Source: Felis catus (Eukaryota). From it: a stretch of 64,000 nucleotides of DNA. Position numbers and translations under genes: made by a program. Location: NCBI RefSeq assembly GCF_018350175.1, contig NC_058368.1, positions 72,976,001 to 73,040,000 on the forward strand, in the 5' to 3' direction. Of the stretch, positions 49,263 through 62,469 are shown in pieces. Numbering within the stretch: position 1 is the first letter of the stretch; every line of letters starts with the position of its first letter. A model generated the notes under the pieces. The model had not been told where the DNA came from, did no database searches, and saw nothing but the letters and a program-made list of their open reading frames with translations.

Positions 49263-49450
49263 TTTTTTAAATGTTTTATTTATTTTTGAGAGAGCACAAG
49301 CAGGGGAAGGGCAGAGAGAGAGGGCAGAGGATCTGAAGTGGGTTCTGCACTGACAGCAGCGAGCCTGATGCGAGTTCAAACCCACGAATGGCAAGATCAT
49401 GACCTGAGTTGAAGTAGGACACTCAACCAACTGAGCCACCCAGGTGCCCC
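49263..49450 (-). mobile_element. CanSINE
   Basis: Reverse copy; TSD core cctactctgt on both flanks. Confidence 0.94.
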
Positions 49451-49846
49451 ACCTACTCTGTTGTTGACATTAGAATTTAAGTTCCCAGAATAATGGCAAA
49501 CATGAAACTCAGGGAAAGAAAATATTGACTCACAAAAATAAAGATAATTCATAAACAAAAGTCACCCCGCCCCACCACCACCAACACAGCTCCACGGACA
49601 AAGCAACCTGCAGCCAGCCCCAGCAGATTCAAGGCCCTACTGTCAAAGCCTTACAAGTTTGGACAAACCCTGATGAAGTGCCACAATTAGCCACCTGCTG
49701 TTGGCAGAGATAGAGAACCACACCCACTGGAGGAGGGAGTGAAAGCCTGAAGGACTGAAGATAAGGTTCAGAACCAGCTCAACCCAATCATGGAAGAGCA
49801 AGTCAATATTGCAGAGTCAAAAATAATGTTTAAAAATTAGCACTGA

Positions 49847-50058
49847 GAGGCACCTGGGTGGCTCAGTCGGTTGAGAGTCTGACTCGGATTTCAGCTCGGG
49901 TCATGGTCTCATGGTTCATGAGTTCAAGCCCTCCATCAGGTTCTAGGCTGACAGGGTGGAGCCTGCTTATGATTCTCTCCCTCCCTCTCTCTCTGCCCCT
50001 TCCCTGCTTGTTCTCTCCCTCTCTCTCTCTGTCTCAAAATAAATAAATAAACATTAAA
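49847..50058 (+). mobile_element. CanSINE
   Basis: gaggcacctgggtggctcagtcggttgag head; TSD aaaa(t/a)tagcact. Confidence 0.94.
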
Positions 50059-51032
50059 AAAATAGCACTTAAAACAGCTTAGCAAATTCTCCTCAGAAAC
50101 AAAATTCTGATCCTTTGTCATGAGAGCCCGTTATAACATTCATGTGTTCCAGTTTTCAGTAGCTCTATCAGCTTGGGGGCCCTTATCAACCCCAGCTTTA
50201 CCCAACTCTGCAAATGCGGCATCGATTCTGGAGGAAATCAATTGCAGCTTGAAGTAAGATCTCTCACCAGATCCCCATTTTTCTCCTTCATGCTAGAGCC
50301 CTACTTGAATGAAAATCAGGGGCCACAAAGCAGGATTTCATTCCATCTGATTTTCTCAGCAGATATGACTGAGGGCTTAAGCTCTGACCGCATCGGAATG
50401 GCCCTTGGCCAAGGGACAGGGGGCCAGCACACCCACACCTGACGTGCAGCATGTGGTAGAGCCTGTTTGGGCACATGAAATTGGAATTGCAAGTTAGAGA
50501 GGAATTTTTGGTTTGGAAATTGTAACTGGGATGTGTAGAATTCCTAGCTGAATTTCAGAGAGCTCAGAATGTTCTGGGTAGTGCAAGAAAATTTAAAAGA
50601 AAGAAAATATTATATATTAAGGGGAAAAAACTCAGAGCTTATGTTTAGTTTGTGTTAAAAAGGCATCAGGTTAAGGGGGAGAGCTAATGACGCTCAGCCT
50701 TCTTTATCTTTTCTTTCCCCTCACACCCGTAGCTGCCAGTACCTGCTCTCCTCCCGTCCCACATTACCATCTTGTATGCTCTCATCCACACCTTTACACT
50801 TGCTCATAAAATAATATGCTGGCATATGAGTGTGCACAAATACACACATGTAGAATGTTTTTTCTCTTTACAAACCTGAGGTTATAAATAGATCTTGTCA
50901 ATCAAGAGCACATTTGTGAGTAACTCATTATTTCATTCCCGCCTAATATTCCAGTCACTCTTCTTTTTTCAAAAGTCTCTCTTACTTCAGAGGAACTGTA
51001 CTGAACCTTACCTCAGAGGAACCGAATATTAT

Positions 51033-51175
51033 CGTGTGGTTCATGAGCTCAAGCCCCACATCAGGCTCTGCGCTGATGGTGCAAAGCCTGCTTGGGATTC
51101 TGTCTCTCCTCCTTTCTGCCCCTCACATACTTGTGCTCCCTCTCTCTCTCAAAATAAATAAATAAAGTTTATAAA
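51033..51175 (+). mobile_element. 5'-truncated CanSINE
   Basis: Begins at gtggttcatgagctcaagccccac (no A-box head); CT linker and AATA tail. Confidence 0.9.
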
Positions 51176-51184
51176 CAAATAAAT

Positions 51185-51245
51185 TATATATATATGTATA
51201 TAATATACATGTATAACATATACATACACACGTGTATATATACAC

Positions 51246-51300
<55 letters not shown>

Positions 51301-51306
51301 ATATAT
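51185..51306. repeat. (TA)n-rich compound microsatellite
   Basis: Degenerate TA/CA run followed by pure (TA)n at about 51250-51292. Confidence 0.93.
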
Positions 51307-51919
51307 CGCCATTGTCCATTGTCCTTGTCGTTAAGTGTTGCTTTATAGATAGTCCATGCCCAGCACCTCAAGAGTCTGCCCACTGCCTCGAGACATGGAG
51401 ACAGATTCCTTCATAGTGATTCCTGGCATCATTCCTTCCATGCAACCAATGGCCCAGAGACAGAAAAAGGAATTCTTAGGTCCAGATGCTAATCATGTTC
51501 TCCTAGGTTGCCACCATCAAGTGAGATTGCTCCATGCCAAGTCTTGTTACAATTGGTTGTTGACTTGAACCCTCTGAACTTGTTGTGAGGTTGATTTAGA
51601 ACTTGGATGCATGATGTCCTTAATCATGAAAGAAAAAGTAATTTACTTCAGGTAAGAATTTATAATGTTTACCTTTTAACTTCTTCCTAGAACTAGAAGT
51701 CTGGATTGCTATTTAGGTGGGTGCTACTCAGCTGTTGCAATTGATATTAAAATGCATTCACTGTATAAATCTCAGGCCCCAATTCACAAATTGGAGGATT
51801 TGATAAAATACCTCCAGCACAGTGCTCAGAACAAAGTCAAAAATGGCAATTAAAAAGCAGAAGATTTCCTTTTAGTTAAACCTGAGCCATATTCAGAGGT
51901 TCTCAAGAAATATTTATTC

Positions 51920-52029
51920 GTGTTGGGATGAGCACTGGGCGTTATATGTAAGTGATGAATCACTCAATTCTATTCCTGAAACAATTATTACACTATATGT
52001 TAACAATTTGGATTTAAATTTAAAAAAAC
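51920..52029 (+). mobile_element. Very short carnivore L1 3' end
   Basis: tgttgggatgagcactgggcgttatatgtaagtgatgaatcactcaattcta...tatgttaac; tatttattc flanks the L1+SINE composite. Confidence 0.88.
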
Positions 52030-52265
52030 GGGGCGCCTGGGTGGCTCGGTCGGTTAAGCATCTGACTTCGGCTCAGGTCACGATCGATCTCACAGTTCAT
52101 GAGTTTGAGCCCCGCATCAGGCTCTGTGTTGACAGCTCAGAGCCTGGAGACTGCTTCTGATTCTGTGTCTCCCTCTTCCTCTGCCTTTCCTCTGTTCTCT
52201 CTCTCTCTCAAAAATAAATAAACATCTTTAAAATTTTAATTAATTAATTAATTAATTAATTTAAA
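52030..52265 (+). mobile_element. CanSINE inserted in the L1 tail
   Basis: ggggcgcctgggtggctcggtcggttaag head; tail contains a (TTAA)n run. Confidence 0.96.
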
Positions 52266-53159
52266 AATATATTTATTCACTGAACCTAATCCTGGGACAT
52301 TACTTGTACTTTATAACTTGGATATAGCTTAATTTATTTAACAGTTGTATTACTATAAATAATAATCATATGAAAAATACAAATGCATAACTTCTGGCAA
52401 GTGACCTTACATTATAGGTTTTCATTTTTCCCTTCCATAAAATCTAAAAGTTGGATGATAATCAACTTTCTAAAATTTCTTCGTATTTTGCCTTTTTGAA
52501 TTCTAAATTTCTAATATCCTATGACCCAGCACTGTACAGAGAAAGATACTTTTATCTGAGGGGTAATTGTAGTACTTCTCCTAACAAAAATACGTGGCTA
52601 CCATTGTCGTTTAAGAAGATAAATAAAGTATTATTCAAACAATTCAGAATCCAGATAGAGTTCAAAGAAAAAACTCACTTTCAGTCATCAGCAGGATAAA
52701 CTCTAGATCTACACATGAAATCTAACATTGGATATTTTATGTAGTCTTTACTAAAAACACAGATGCAGAAATATAAGGAAGAGAGTAAATATCTAGAAGT
52801 TTCAAGACATTAACTGTATTTTTACTTATGATATTTGTCAAAATACAGTTCAAGTCGCTAGAGATGGTTAACATATTGCTATATTCTCCTCTGTAGGCTT
52901 CCCAGCCTAATGCACAAAAGTAAAACATCGGGTCATGTTCTTGTTGTAAAACACAGCAGAATTTTTCAAGGTATTAGATACATTTTTCAAAAACACATTT
53001 TGTAGGTTGCTGTAACTTGGCATCAAGAGGCACTTCCCACAATGTTCTCAGCTACCATTTACAAATGTGCTTCCTTACTGAATTCATGGCATGAGCACAT
53101 CCCACAGCATGAGGGTATACACACTAACATCACTATTTATGGATGGCATTAGAGGGAGC

Positions 53160-53345
53160 TCAGAGCTGAACCCTGCTTGCTGGTCTCTCAGCTCAACCCC
53201 TCGTTAGCCATAGAATCTCAGACAAATCACTTTATCTCTCTGACATTTCTACCCCTTCTGTAAAATCAGGAAATACACAGGCATGTGGGTATTGAGAAAC
53301 AGCAGTAAAAGTGAAGGCAGTTTAAGAACTCTCTGTAAATGGGTT
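53160..53345 (+). mobile_element. MIR SINE
   Basis: cagacaaatcactttatctctctga...ttctgtaaaatcagg core. Confidence 0.6.
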
Positions 53346-56300
53346 ACGGCAGCATTAACATTCACCATGCTAGAAAGATAGCATGCATGCTGCGGATCCT
53401 GTGGAAGAAGTTTTCCTATGCATCCTTAGTTTTTCACGACCACCTAACTCTAGATAATCCAGCAGTGCAAGTAAGTAAAGAATGGATTTCTACAAACACA
53501 TCCATATGACTTTAAGCAAAATTGCATCACGGAGGCAATTATTATCAGAAGAGAACTAGGCTTGGAGGTAAAAATGATGTTTTCCAGATGGAAATTTTAT
53601 AAAATAAATCCAAACTGCCCATCACCTAATGAACCCAACCCACCAATAACAAATGAGGAATGTTAAACTTTTTAAAATATAGTTCTTACAGGTAAAAGAA
53701 CAAGTAAGTTTGTTGAGAGGCTAACTCTAAACCCATTGCCTGCCACTGCTCTGAGCAACGATCCCAAAGAAACAAGCTAGAGCCCCATCCTCAAGAAGCT
53801 GAGAATCTAAACAGGAGGCACAAAAATCCATCAATGAGTAAAAAGAAGACTGTACATCCCAGAAACTTATGCATGACCATTTCAGCCTTTCCGAATCTAT
53901 ATACTTCAGTTCTGGGGTAATGGGGATGATATCTTGTGGAGATACCACATGGAGAAAAATGGATCATCATTGAAAATGTGACCACACATTCTTTGAATTA
54001 ACACATAATTTGTAAAGATGTGGGATGGAAGTCAGAATGGAAGTTCAAATGTACAATTGTGGTGCAATAAATGATTGTTAAACTTTTCAGTGATTATTTA
54101 TCTCCTATCATTACTGACTTTGCCAACTAAGACCATAAGTTTCTTGAAGGTACATGTTTGTCCCTTGTGTTTTGTATCCCCACTACCAACTAGAAAATAT
54201 TTGGCATCTAATAAGTAATGGTTGGCTGACTGTCTATCCTAATCACTTAGTTGTGCAGGCAGTAGGAATTTTTATCACGGGTTCAGAGATGATTAGGAGG
54301 CAGAAATGCCTTGCTTTTCTCTTCAGCAATAATGCTTTTGCACGTTCAATCACAAGCAGGAAAATTATGGAGTTGATTGTGGATTTCCAAAGCCCTCCCA
54401 CCCCACACCAACAGTCACTGGGACCAGAAGGCTCAATTACACTCTGAGCACAGGACATAGTGAAAATCCCTGTCACTAACACGATAGGTGTGTAATAAAT
54501 ACTTGATGACTTCACTAACTGCCATTCCCTGGGTCCCCCTGGGACTTCGTTTATACTGTTATTACACCACTTCTACCATTTCATACTTAGTCTTATATAT
54601 GTCATTTCCTCCAGTTAGATTTCTAAACCTTTTGCCAGGTCCATTTTTTATTCAGCACTTTATTTTATAGCATTAGTACAGGGTCTGGCATCCCCAGGGT
54701 CAGCAAATAGTTGTTCAGCAAATTACACAGTTTTGAAAAGGGGAAAGTATTGTTTAAAAGACATGCATTGCCCCCTGCCTCCCAATTAAGAAACTCAGGC
54801 TAACAGTTTGCCAGCCCCGATTTAAGCACCTCCAGCAGCCATAACCCCCTGAGACAGCCCTGGTCATTGCAGAATTCTCTTCTGAGCTGAAATCGTTCTC
54901 CTTGTACTGCGTGCCCTACTGGCTCTCTTTGTTAAGAGAAAGGCTGAATAGCTTCTTCTACTACTTCTAGAGGATGTTCTGTTGAAATATAGGTCAGCAA
55001 GACATTTCTTCCCCCAGAGTAAGTGCTCATTTTCCTTGAGTAGTCCTTGTGCTATATGGTCTCTGGATCAACGGCCAACCCAGTCATTTCTCCAAACACT
55101 CCTCGAACGAATATCCTCCCTGAAATGCAACATCAGAAAGGGACACGGTCCTCTTCTAGGTACTGATTACATACCAAAACCCAGACATAAGTCCTTCATT
55201 AACACAGCCCAAGACCCCACTTAAGAGAAAGAGAAGACATCAGTTTAAACCATATTTGAGGAGGCTATTTGGAAATTGGCTTTCAATAGATGTCTTTCAT
55301 CATCTATTGGGATGCTATCTGGGTCAGTTAAACTATCCTGGAATACACTAGCTTTCACTTTGTTTAAAATCTCATTTTCTACAGTTCTAAATATAGGTTT
55401 CAAATTATCTAGAGAAAAACCACCCTAGAAAAATGCTAAAGCCACACATGACACCTTTACCAAAATTTGGCACGGGTGAGGGTTAGGGTATATGTAAGAC
55501 CACTTTACTAAAAGGTGACTGACTCAGTGCAAGCAACATCAGTGATTAGCCACAGAGATGGGTATTTGGCTGGGGGCAGAGGGCAGTGCCTGGAGACAGG
55601 GGCTTGTCAGTGCAAGAATGACAACTGTCACAGTTCCTGGAGATGCAGAAGGAACCAGAATCATCAACAGTTTTTATAGCTTCCAAATTTAATCTGCTTT
55701 CAGTGCTGACCCTCAGACTATAGTAAGTTCTCTTGACAGTTTCGTGGTTTAAATACTTTTAAGAAGGACTAGCATTTGTTAGGACCCCTCATCTAAATAG
55801 GATATGATCATTTTACTCTGCTTTCTTCCTCTGTACTGTGGCACTCGTCTATAATGGTGATGGCTTTCTAAAGAGTTTTCCCCTATTTTTAAAATACTTT
55901 TAAATCATCCAGGTCTTGCCCTATCTCTTTAACATACTGTCATAATTAACATTTATACTGTTTCAGTCTCTATCAACATCTATCCCACATTTTGCTTTTG
56001 TGGTTTCCCAGCATAACATATAAAATGTTCTACTTTTGAATATGTTACAATATTTTTTTTTATTTTTCATTATGTTGTAAAGACAGAATAATACAATGGT
56101 AATGAGAACTTGCACTGAGTTGCAGGTTAATCAGGATGGTGACAGGTGAGGTCCAGTCTTGAAAGGACACTTTAATTTTATCATCTGGCTTCTCTTTTCA
56201 TACATAAACACATTGAAATTATATTGAAAGAATAAAAACATTTGTTTGCAAAATGTTATGAAAATTATTTTTCATCCTGAACTTCACCCCATTATTATTA

Positions 56301-58199
56301 ACAGAAAAAAAAACCGAAAAGATATAAAATATATCTCCAAAAATGTTTTCATGCATTAGTGTGCATTCAAATAGACTTCAAATTGAAAGAGGCTCTCTCC
56401 TGGGTCATACTAATGGGCTCTAGACAAGCTTGCAAGGAAATTCCAGATTAAAGGCTTTTCGTATTATGGAAATATGATTTCAGAAACACTTCTTCAATGG
56501 TATCTCTATAGGAAAACTTATTTTCTAAATAAGAAATTCCTTTAATTGTACTGTATTATGGGGTCTTGGGGTATTGCACCATTATAGGATACTCGATTGT
56601 TGCTATGGTGAGTTAATAGATTCCATTTATCATTTCCACAGGTTGTCCTAGGACAAAGAGAAAGCAACATTCAGGGTCCTTTCCAACTGAAATGGAGACA
56701 AAAATAATAACTTTTAAAAGCACCAAGAATTGCAGAAGGGAGTATTTCTAGATGGTAACTTGTGTTATGTCTACCAAATAAACTTGAAGCTAGTAGGTAA
56801 GCGGCTTTATGTACTCACACCTCTGAGTCGAGCCAAATGATACTACACAATATATTTCCATCAAATATAAGACATAATACAACTACTCAAAAATTAACTA
56901 CAGTTTCATCCCTTTGAGTAAATACTTTGATGATCAATAATTATGGCTATCTTAAAAGATGCTTTGGAGAGGAAGTGTTTTGGCCTGTTCTCCATCTCCC
57001 AGTGACAACTTTTTATACTATGTTCTATGTGTTTTGTTACTAATAAGTGAACATTTATAGTTTCCATTGTTTCCCACTCCCCAATGTCCGTAGAGAAAAG
57101 TAACATTCTCTTTAACCCATTCCCATCTAAGTTGATGTTTTAGATCTACAACTTGGTCCTTAATGCTGAACAGAAAACATTTCACTGTCTAATTGATTCC
57201 CTTTATTCACAGAAATTTTCTCAATCTCTTTCTGCTTCCCAGTCCAAATTTGGCCCCAATTCCCAGCAGAAGAGTCAGTTCTTTCCTCCCTGGGAAGAAA
57301 GAAGCCCTTCTGAGGGTAACAGCGGCAGCATCCTCAAGCACGCACTGCCCAACATCTGTTGACTTTCCTCTTGCCTCAAGAAGCCTTCCTCAGCCCACGG
57401 ACAAGACACTTCACTATCCACCTCTTCAATGTCACATTTCTAGACACAGTAACTATCACCTCCGTTTTTCACTGCACGCTCCCTGGTGTGAGCACCCTGG
57501 ACCAGCTAACAATTTCAATGCCCTTTAGTTCATGATTTCCAGAGGAGACAAATTCCATTCATGCAAGCTGCATGCCTCTCTGTCAGTTCAAAATAGGAGA
57601 TTTATTTCACACACTCAACTTATGCAACTGTTAACTGATTGAGAATCGCCTTTCATCTGGCACTTTCTCAATCACCTCTAATTAATATGAGTCTCTTAGA
57701 GTACACACTAAGGATAGAGGTAAATTACTGATTAAAAGACTGATTCAAAAAAAGTCTAAAATTTCTTTTTTTTTTAAATTTGAGGTTAGCAAAATATGTC
57801 CTTCCTTTGTTTTTCTCTTCTTTTAACAAACCAGACTACTTCTTGGAGGCATACTAAAGAAATTAACATTCAGATAATAAAGTATATCATGCTTTCCTTG
57901 CAAACAACATTCTGCCATGCATTTGTTTGGTTACAGAATTGTGACCAACAGCTCACACCAACTGTCCCAACTGGGACAGTCCCTGAGTTGGAGCTGGAGC
58001 CCCATATTTACACCTTTCTGCTTGGGGTAGCAGCCCCAGAAGAATGTTGTCATACAGCCACTTGAAACCCCTGTGGACAGATTCTGTCCAATTGGCCTTG
58101 TGTCAATTACACAACAGTTCATGTGCACATCAATTTCCCCCAAATTGGCCCATCCTTTGCCACACCATCACACACGGCGTCACATCCTAACCTGCCACA

Positions 58200-58425
58200 G
58201 TCAGTCGGTAAAAGTTGGGCTCTGCAGCCAGACAGCATGGGTTTTCATTATAACTTAGTCATTTATTAGCTTTATGATTTGATGAAGCTGTTCAACTTCT
58301 CCATGTTTCAATTGGCTCAACTGAGAAAAAAATGGGTACATAAGGAATCCTATTTCTTTGGGACCTTATAAGGATTCAAGTCAATACCCCAGATGCCAAG
58401 GAAGGGCTCAATGAATAGTTATGTT
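58200..58425 (+). mobile_element. MIR SINE
   Basis: gggctctgcagccagacagcatgggtt...catttattagctttatga...ttcaacttctccatgtttc...aaggattcaag. Confidence 0.75.
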
Positions 58426-58569
58426 ACTTTTAAATTCATTATCCTGCTTATCTGTGAAAACTATTATTATTATTGTCTGTGGGATGCCCAATCCAGTATT
58501 CTCTTATTTCTTATTTTTCCTATTCAATTTGTTTTATAACATGTAGTATTTTGGAAAGTGGTATTTTTG

Positions 58570-59655
58570 AAATGTTCTTTGACATTTCAGCTTCAATACT
58601 TCATCAATAATATTTCCTCCTGGTTTTTCTCCTTTGGTAAGTTCTATCTTCATCCCTGAAATGTACTTATTCCTTAAGTTTTTGTTCTTGGCCTTTTTAT
58701 TCTATTTGTACCTGAGCTGATCCCTTTAGGCAAAATCATCTACTCTCAGGCTTATAATTACTGCTGGGATTCAGATAATTCTCAAACCTATGTCTGCCAG
58801 CCCACTTAAACCAAGTCTTTATTTCTAACACTTGGAGCACATTTCCTCATAAATGGCTACCAGAATTAAATTTATACTTTTAACCAAATGTTTGACCTTC
58901 AATCGTCTAGCCCCTGCTCAAACCTTCCCTCCTTCTGAATTATCTGTCTTGGTTAATGGCACTGAGTTTGTCCTACATGTCTAAGCCAGGGACAAGAGGG
59001 TCCTATTTGACTCCATACTGTCACTGATGTTCACATCCCCAGTATGCCCTTCACAGCCAATGCTCTCTCTACACTCCCAGATTCTACCATTTCAAGCTCC
59101 TGGGGGTTGCTTCCCAGCCTTACAGTCTGTGTCTTCCTGTAAGTGAGCCCTGGTCATTTTCTATACTTCAGTTTAATAACATTGAACAGATTCCCATTTC
59201 CCTCAAAGTCTACATAATTATAATGCCTTTCAAGGCCCACCACTATCACCTTTTATCCCCTGTTGCATCCACCATGCAACCCACATGGGGGCCCCTCTAG
59301 GCTACTCCTTCAAGATTATCACACACTCTCTTGCCTCGTGGAATTTTGCTTTTTTTTGTTGTTGTTGTTGTTAGCTTGGCATGTTCTGCTCTGTCCATCT
59401 GTGAAGGGAGACCTGCCTATTCATTTCTCAGTGCACAGGTCAAATGTCTAGTTTCCAGCAAAATTAATGACACAGACTTGAGGTGTTTGCAAGATTTTCT
59501 ATTTTTAATATGGTGTCTTCTTCCACTACCTTGCAATCTCTTTGAGGGCAAAATATACATACCTTGTATGTTTTTGTCTCCCCCACCCAGCTATTCCCCT
59601 CCCGGATATCATCACAATGTCTGACAGGTAGTCGGTATCCATGTTTGGCAAACAG
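58570..59655 (+). mobile_element. Degraded L2 LINE
   Basis: Pyrimidine-rich L2 body (ttcagataattctcaaacctatgtct; gccttt caaggccca; caggtcaaatgtc) ending in tctttgagggcaaa...cacaatgtctgacaggtagt. Confidence 0.7.
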
Positions 59656-60689
59656 AATCACAAATTCATGTCACCACAATTACTGGTCTATATCACACAA
59701 ATCTATCCATGTCAGTCATACATCTGCTTCCAACCAGAAAGTTTTACTAATCCTTGTCTATTTATAAAATTGTATTCTTTATCTTCTGCCTTCCCAAAAG
59801 GACTTGTTGCAACATAGAATGATACAGGTAATATAGAAACATTAAGTATTAAAAATAAGAGTCGCCAATGAAGGGGATGTGAAAATCTAGGATTCTGCCC
59901 ATTGTGTTCCCAGAGTAACAGGTGGGTGCTGTCTCATCTTGGGTGCCATTCAATCAAGCATACATACCATCTGGCGTCTTGTCTGCTGAGCTACGTAAAC
60001 CACCCGCCCTTGTTTTACATCATATATTGCATGCACCGCAATTTTGACTCCTAGACACTTGCAGATTTCTTTATTTGAAATATGCTCACAAAGGGAAACT
60101 TTGCATATGACACTCTCCATTGCTCATTGAGTAACAGCCAACTTTTACGGAGTGTTTATGTTGACCAATATTCTCGTTCATGTTTACTAACTGTAAAATG
60201 AAAAAAATGGAAACATACTTTTTTTGTTGCTTCCTCATGGCAGTTTTTCCTATTTCAAAGGTGTGTTTTCATCAAAAATAAGTAATGCTAACTGTATCCT
60301 ACTGTAGTTATCCTCAGGTAAGTTAGGTGATTTTACTTCTTTACCAACACAAATATGTTTTCTAGTTGTTCAACAGGAGCTTTAAAAAAATTAAGATTCA
60401 TTACCACGTGGCAGAGGTGCCACTTAGGAGATGGCAAAGTGGGGAAACCAACAGAGATAGTGAAACCAACAGAGTTCTAAGTCATTCAAAGTCCCAGTCC
60501 CTTCCTTTCTATTCTGACACCGAGAACGGTTAATTTACTCAGAACGGTTAATTTAATCAGATGTATGTGATTAAGAAAGGTTAAGACTAGAATTGCCTAG
60601 TTAACACTTAATATCTATTTTCCTGGGATTGAAAACAATCTCTGTCTATCTAACTATTGGTCTATCTATCCATCTATCATATTCTATTA

Positions 60690-60925
60690 TCCTAACAATA
60701 TCAATACTGATTAATCCTTTCTTATGCACCAGGACCCTCTGTTAAGTTTTCTGCTAATATTATTTGATTTCATTCTTATAGTAGCCCAGTAAGTTACCTA
60801 TCATAACTCTCACTTTACACATAAGAAAACTGAGGCTTGGCTAAGTTAAGAAACCTCCCATGATCACACAGTCAATATGTGCGAGCACAGGGATTTTTTG
60901 TCTCAGGTTTTACTGACTCTAAAAA
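60690..60925 (-). mobile_element. MIR SINE
   Basis: ctcactttacacataagaaaactgaggctt...aagttaagaaacctcccatgatcacacag...ctgactctaaa. Confidence 0.8.
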
Positions 60926-61918
60926 TGTGCTCTGAACAGCTCTGTTCTACTGCCTTCTAAACATAGCACACCTCTGTCCTGTGCATGCTGCATATTAAAA
61001 TACAAAACCTCCTCCTCCATCATTAAGTGTATTTTTAAGAACAGTCTCAAATATATTTTGGGTTCATTTAAAAATGCTATTCTCAAGAATTTGATACTGA
61101 ATTTGATCTTCACTGACTTCCTCCCCGTATCTCTTTATTTTCTACCCTTCTTCTCTTTGGAGGTAAAAAAACAAAAACAAAATCAAGAACAGCATTAGTA
61201 ACTAGTGCTGATTTCACACTGACAATGTGGAGGGCCCCATACAGGAAATTTCACAGGACTTCTCTACTTTCATTCCAATGACAAGCTAATGGCTTAGGAA
61301 TGACTATTAACTCTGTTTCACACATGAAGTGAGGCTGGCAGAAGAGATGTCTAACGAGGACATACGCTCGTACTCTGTGGTCCCTGCCCAGTATTCCTTC
61401 CAGCTAATGATAGGTACAAAAGATTCTGAAGTTGTGATTAATCAGGATTTACTGACAAGCCATGGGTCTTTTCCTGAAAACATGCTGCTCTCTTGGTGCT
61501 GGAGACCCCACTCCCCCAGCTGTCTTCCTCTCTTCCCAGTCGCACCTTTTCAACCTCCTCTTCTGTATTCTCTTCCTTTTTGCAACCTCAGGTCCCCTAA
61601 CATCACAAGCTCTGCACTTCCCACACCTAATGGCCCTGATGGGAGACTCGGGGCCAAATAAAGAATAGGAGCCTAATTCCCAAATGGCCAGATGAACTGT
61701 GCGTTTTGACAGTAGATAGATGAGATGTAAACTTGGGTGAATGTCTGTACATACTGTGAATGGCTCAATCATGTGAGAAAAATGCTAAGTAGCCCTCAGT
61801 TATTCAAAGACTATTTACTTATTTGTTCTAGACATTGTACTGATCGTGATCAGTACTAATTACCAATAAACCAAGATTATTGAGATATAACTTTTGTCTT
61901 TAAAACACTCAAAGTCTT

Positions 61919-62133
61919 GGGGCACCTGGGTGGCTCAGTCTATTGAGCATCAGACTTTGGTTCAGGACATGATCTCATGGTTCATGAGTTCGAGTCCCAC
62001 ACCGGGCTCACTGCTGTCAGTGTGGAGCCTGCTTGGGATTCTCTCTCTCTCTCCCTCTCTCTCCTTCTTTCTCTGCCTCTCCCTCAACTTGCACTCTCTC
62101 TCTCTCTCAATAATAAATATTTAGAAAATCAAT
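61919..62133 (+). mobile_element. CanSINE (first of head-to-tail pair)
   Basis: ggggcacctgggtggctcag head; actca(a/c)agtct TSD flanks the whole pair (about 61907-61917 and 62376-62386). Confidence 0.95.
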
Positions 62134-62375
62134 GGGGGTTCCTGGGTGGCTCAGTAGGTTAGGTGTCCAACTTTTGTTCAGGTCATGATCTCATGGTTCG
62201 TGAGTTTGAGCCCCACGTCAAGCTCTGGGCTGACAGATCACAACCTGGAGACTGCTTCAGATTCTGTGTGTGTGTCTCTCTCTCTCTCTGCCCCTCCCCC
62301 ACTCACACTCCGTCTCTGTCTCTCTCTGTCTCAAAAATAAATAAACATTTAAATAAATAAATAAATAAATAAATA
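62134..62375 (+). mobile_element. CanSINE inserted in the tail of the preceding SINE
   Basis: gggggttcctgggtggctcag head; (TAAA)n tail. Confidence 0.95.
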
Positions 62376-62469
62376 ACTCACAGTCTATCAAGTAAACATA
62401 TAAGTATAAATCAAAACAGAAAGAGTCTAATAATCGAGCTCTAATAAAGGTATAATGGGGGCACAATCT

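Noticed and set aside
45749..51663. Identical 15-mer caggtaagaatttat at 45749 and 51649, both donor-like
   Set aside because: A few exact 15-mer matches are expected by chance in 64 kb of AT-rich DNA; flanks do not align and upstream acceptors are weak or ambiguous.
56598..56612. RFX X-box-like GTTGCTATGGTGAG
   Set aside because: The second half-site is poor and there is no promoter context.
2427..62375. tRNA-like A/B boxes and repeated units suggesting tRNA genes or a CRISPR-like array
   Set aside because: All are tRNA-derived SINE heads with CT linkers, A tails and TSDs; spacing is irregular, there are no cas genes, and the DNA is mammalian.
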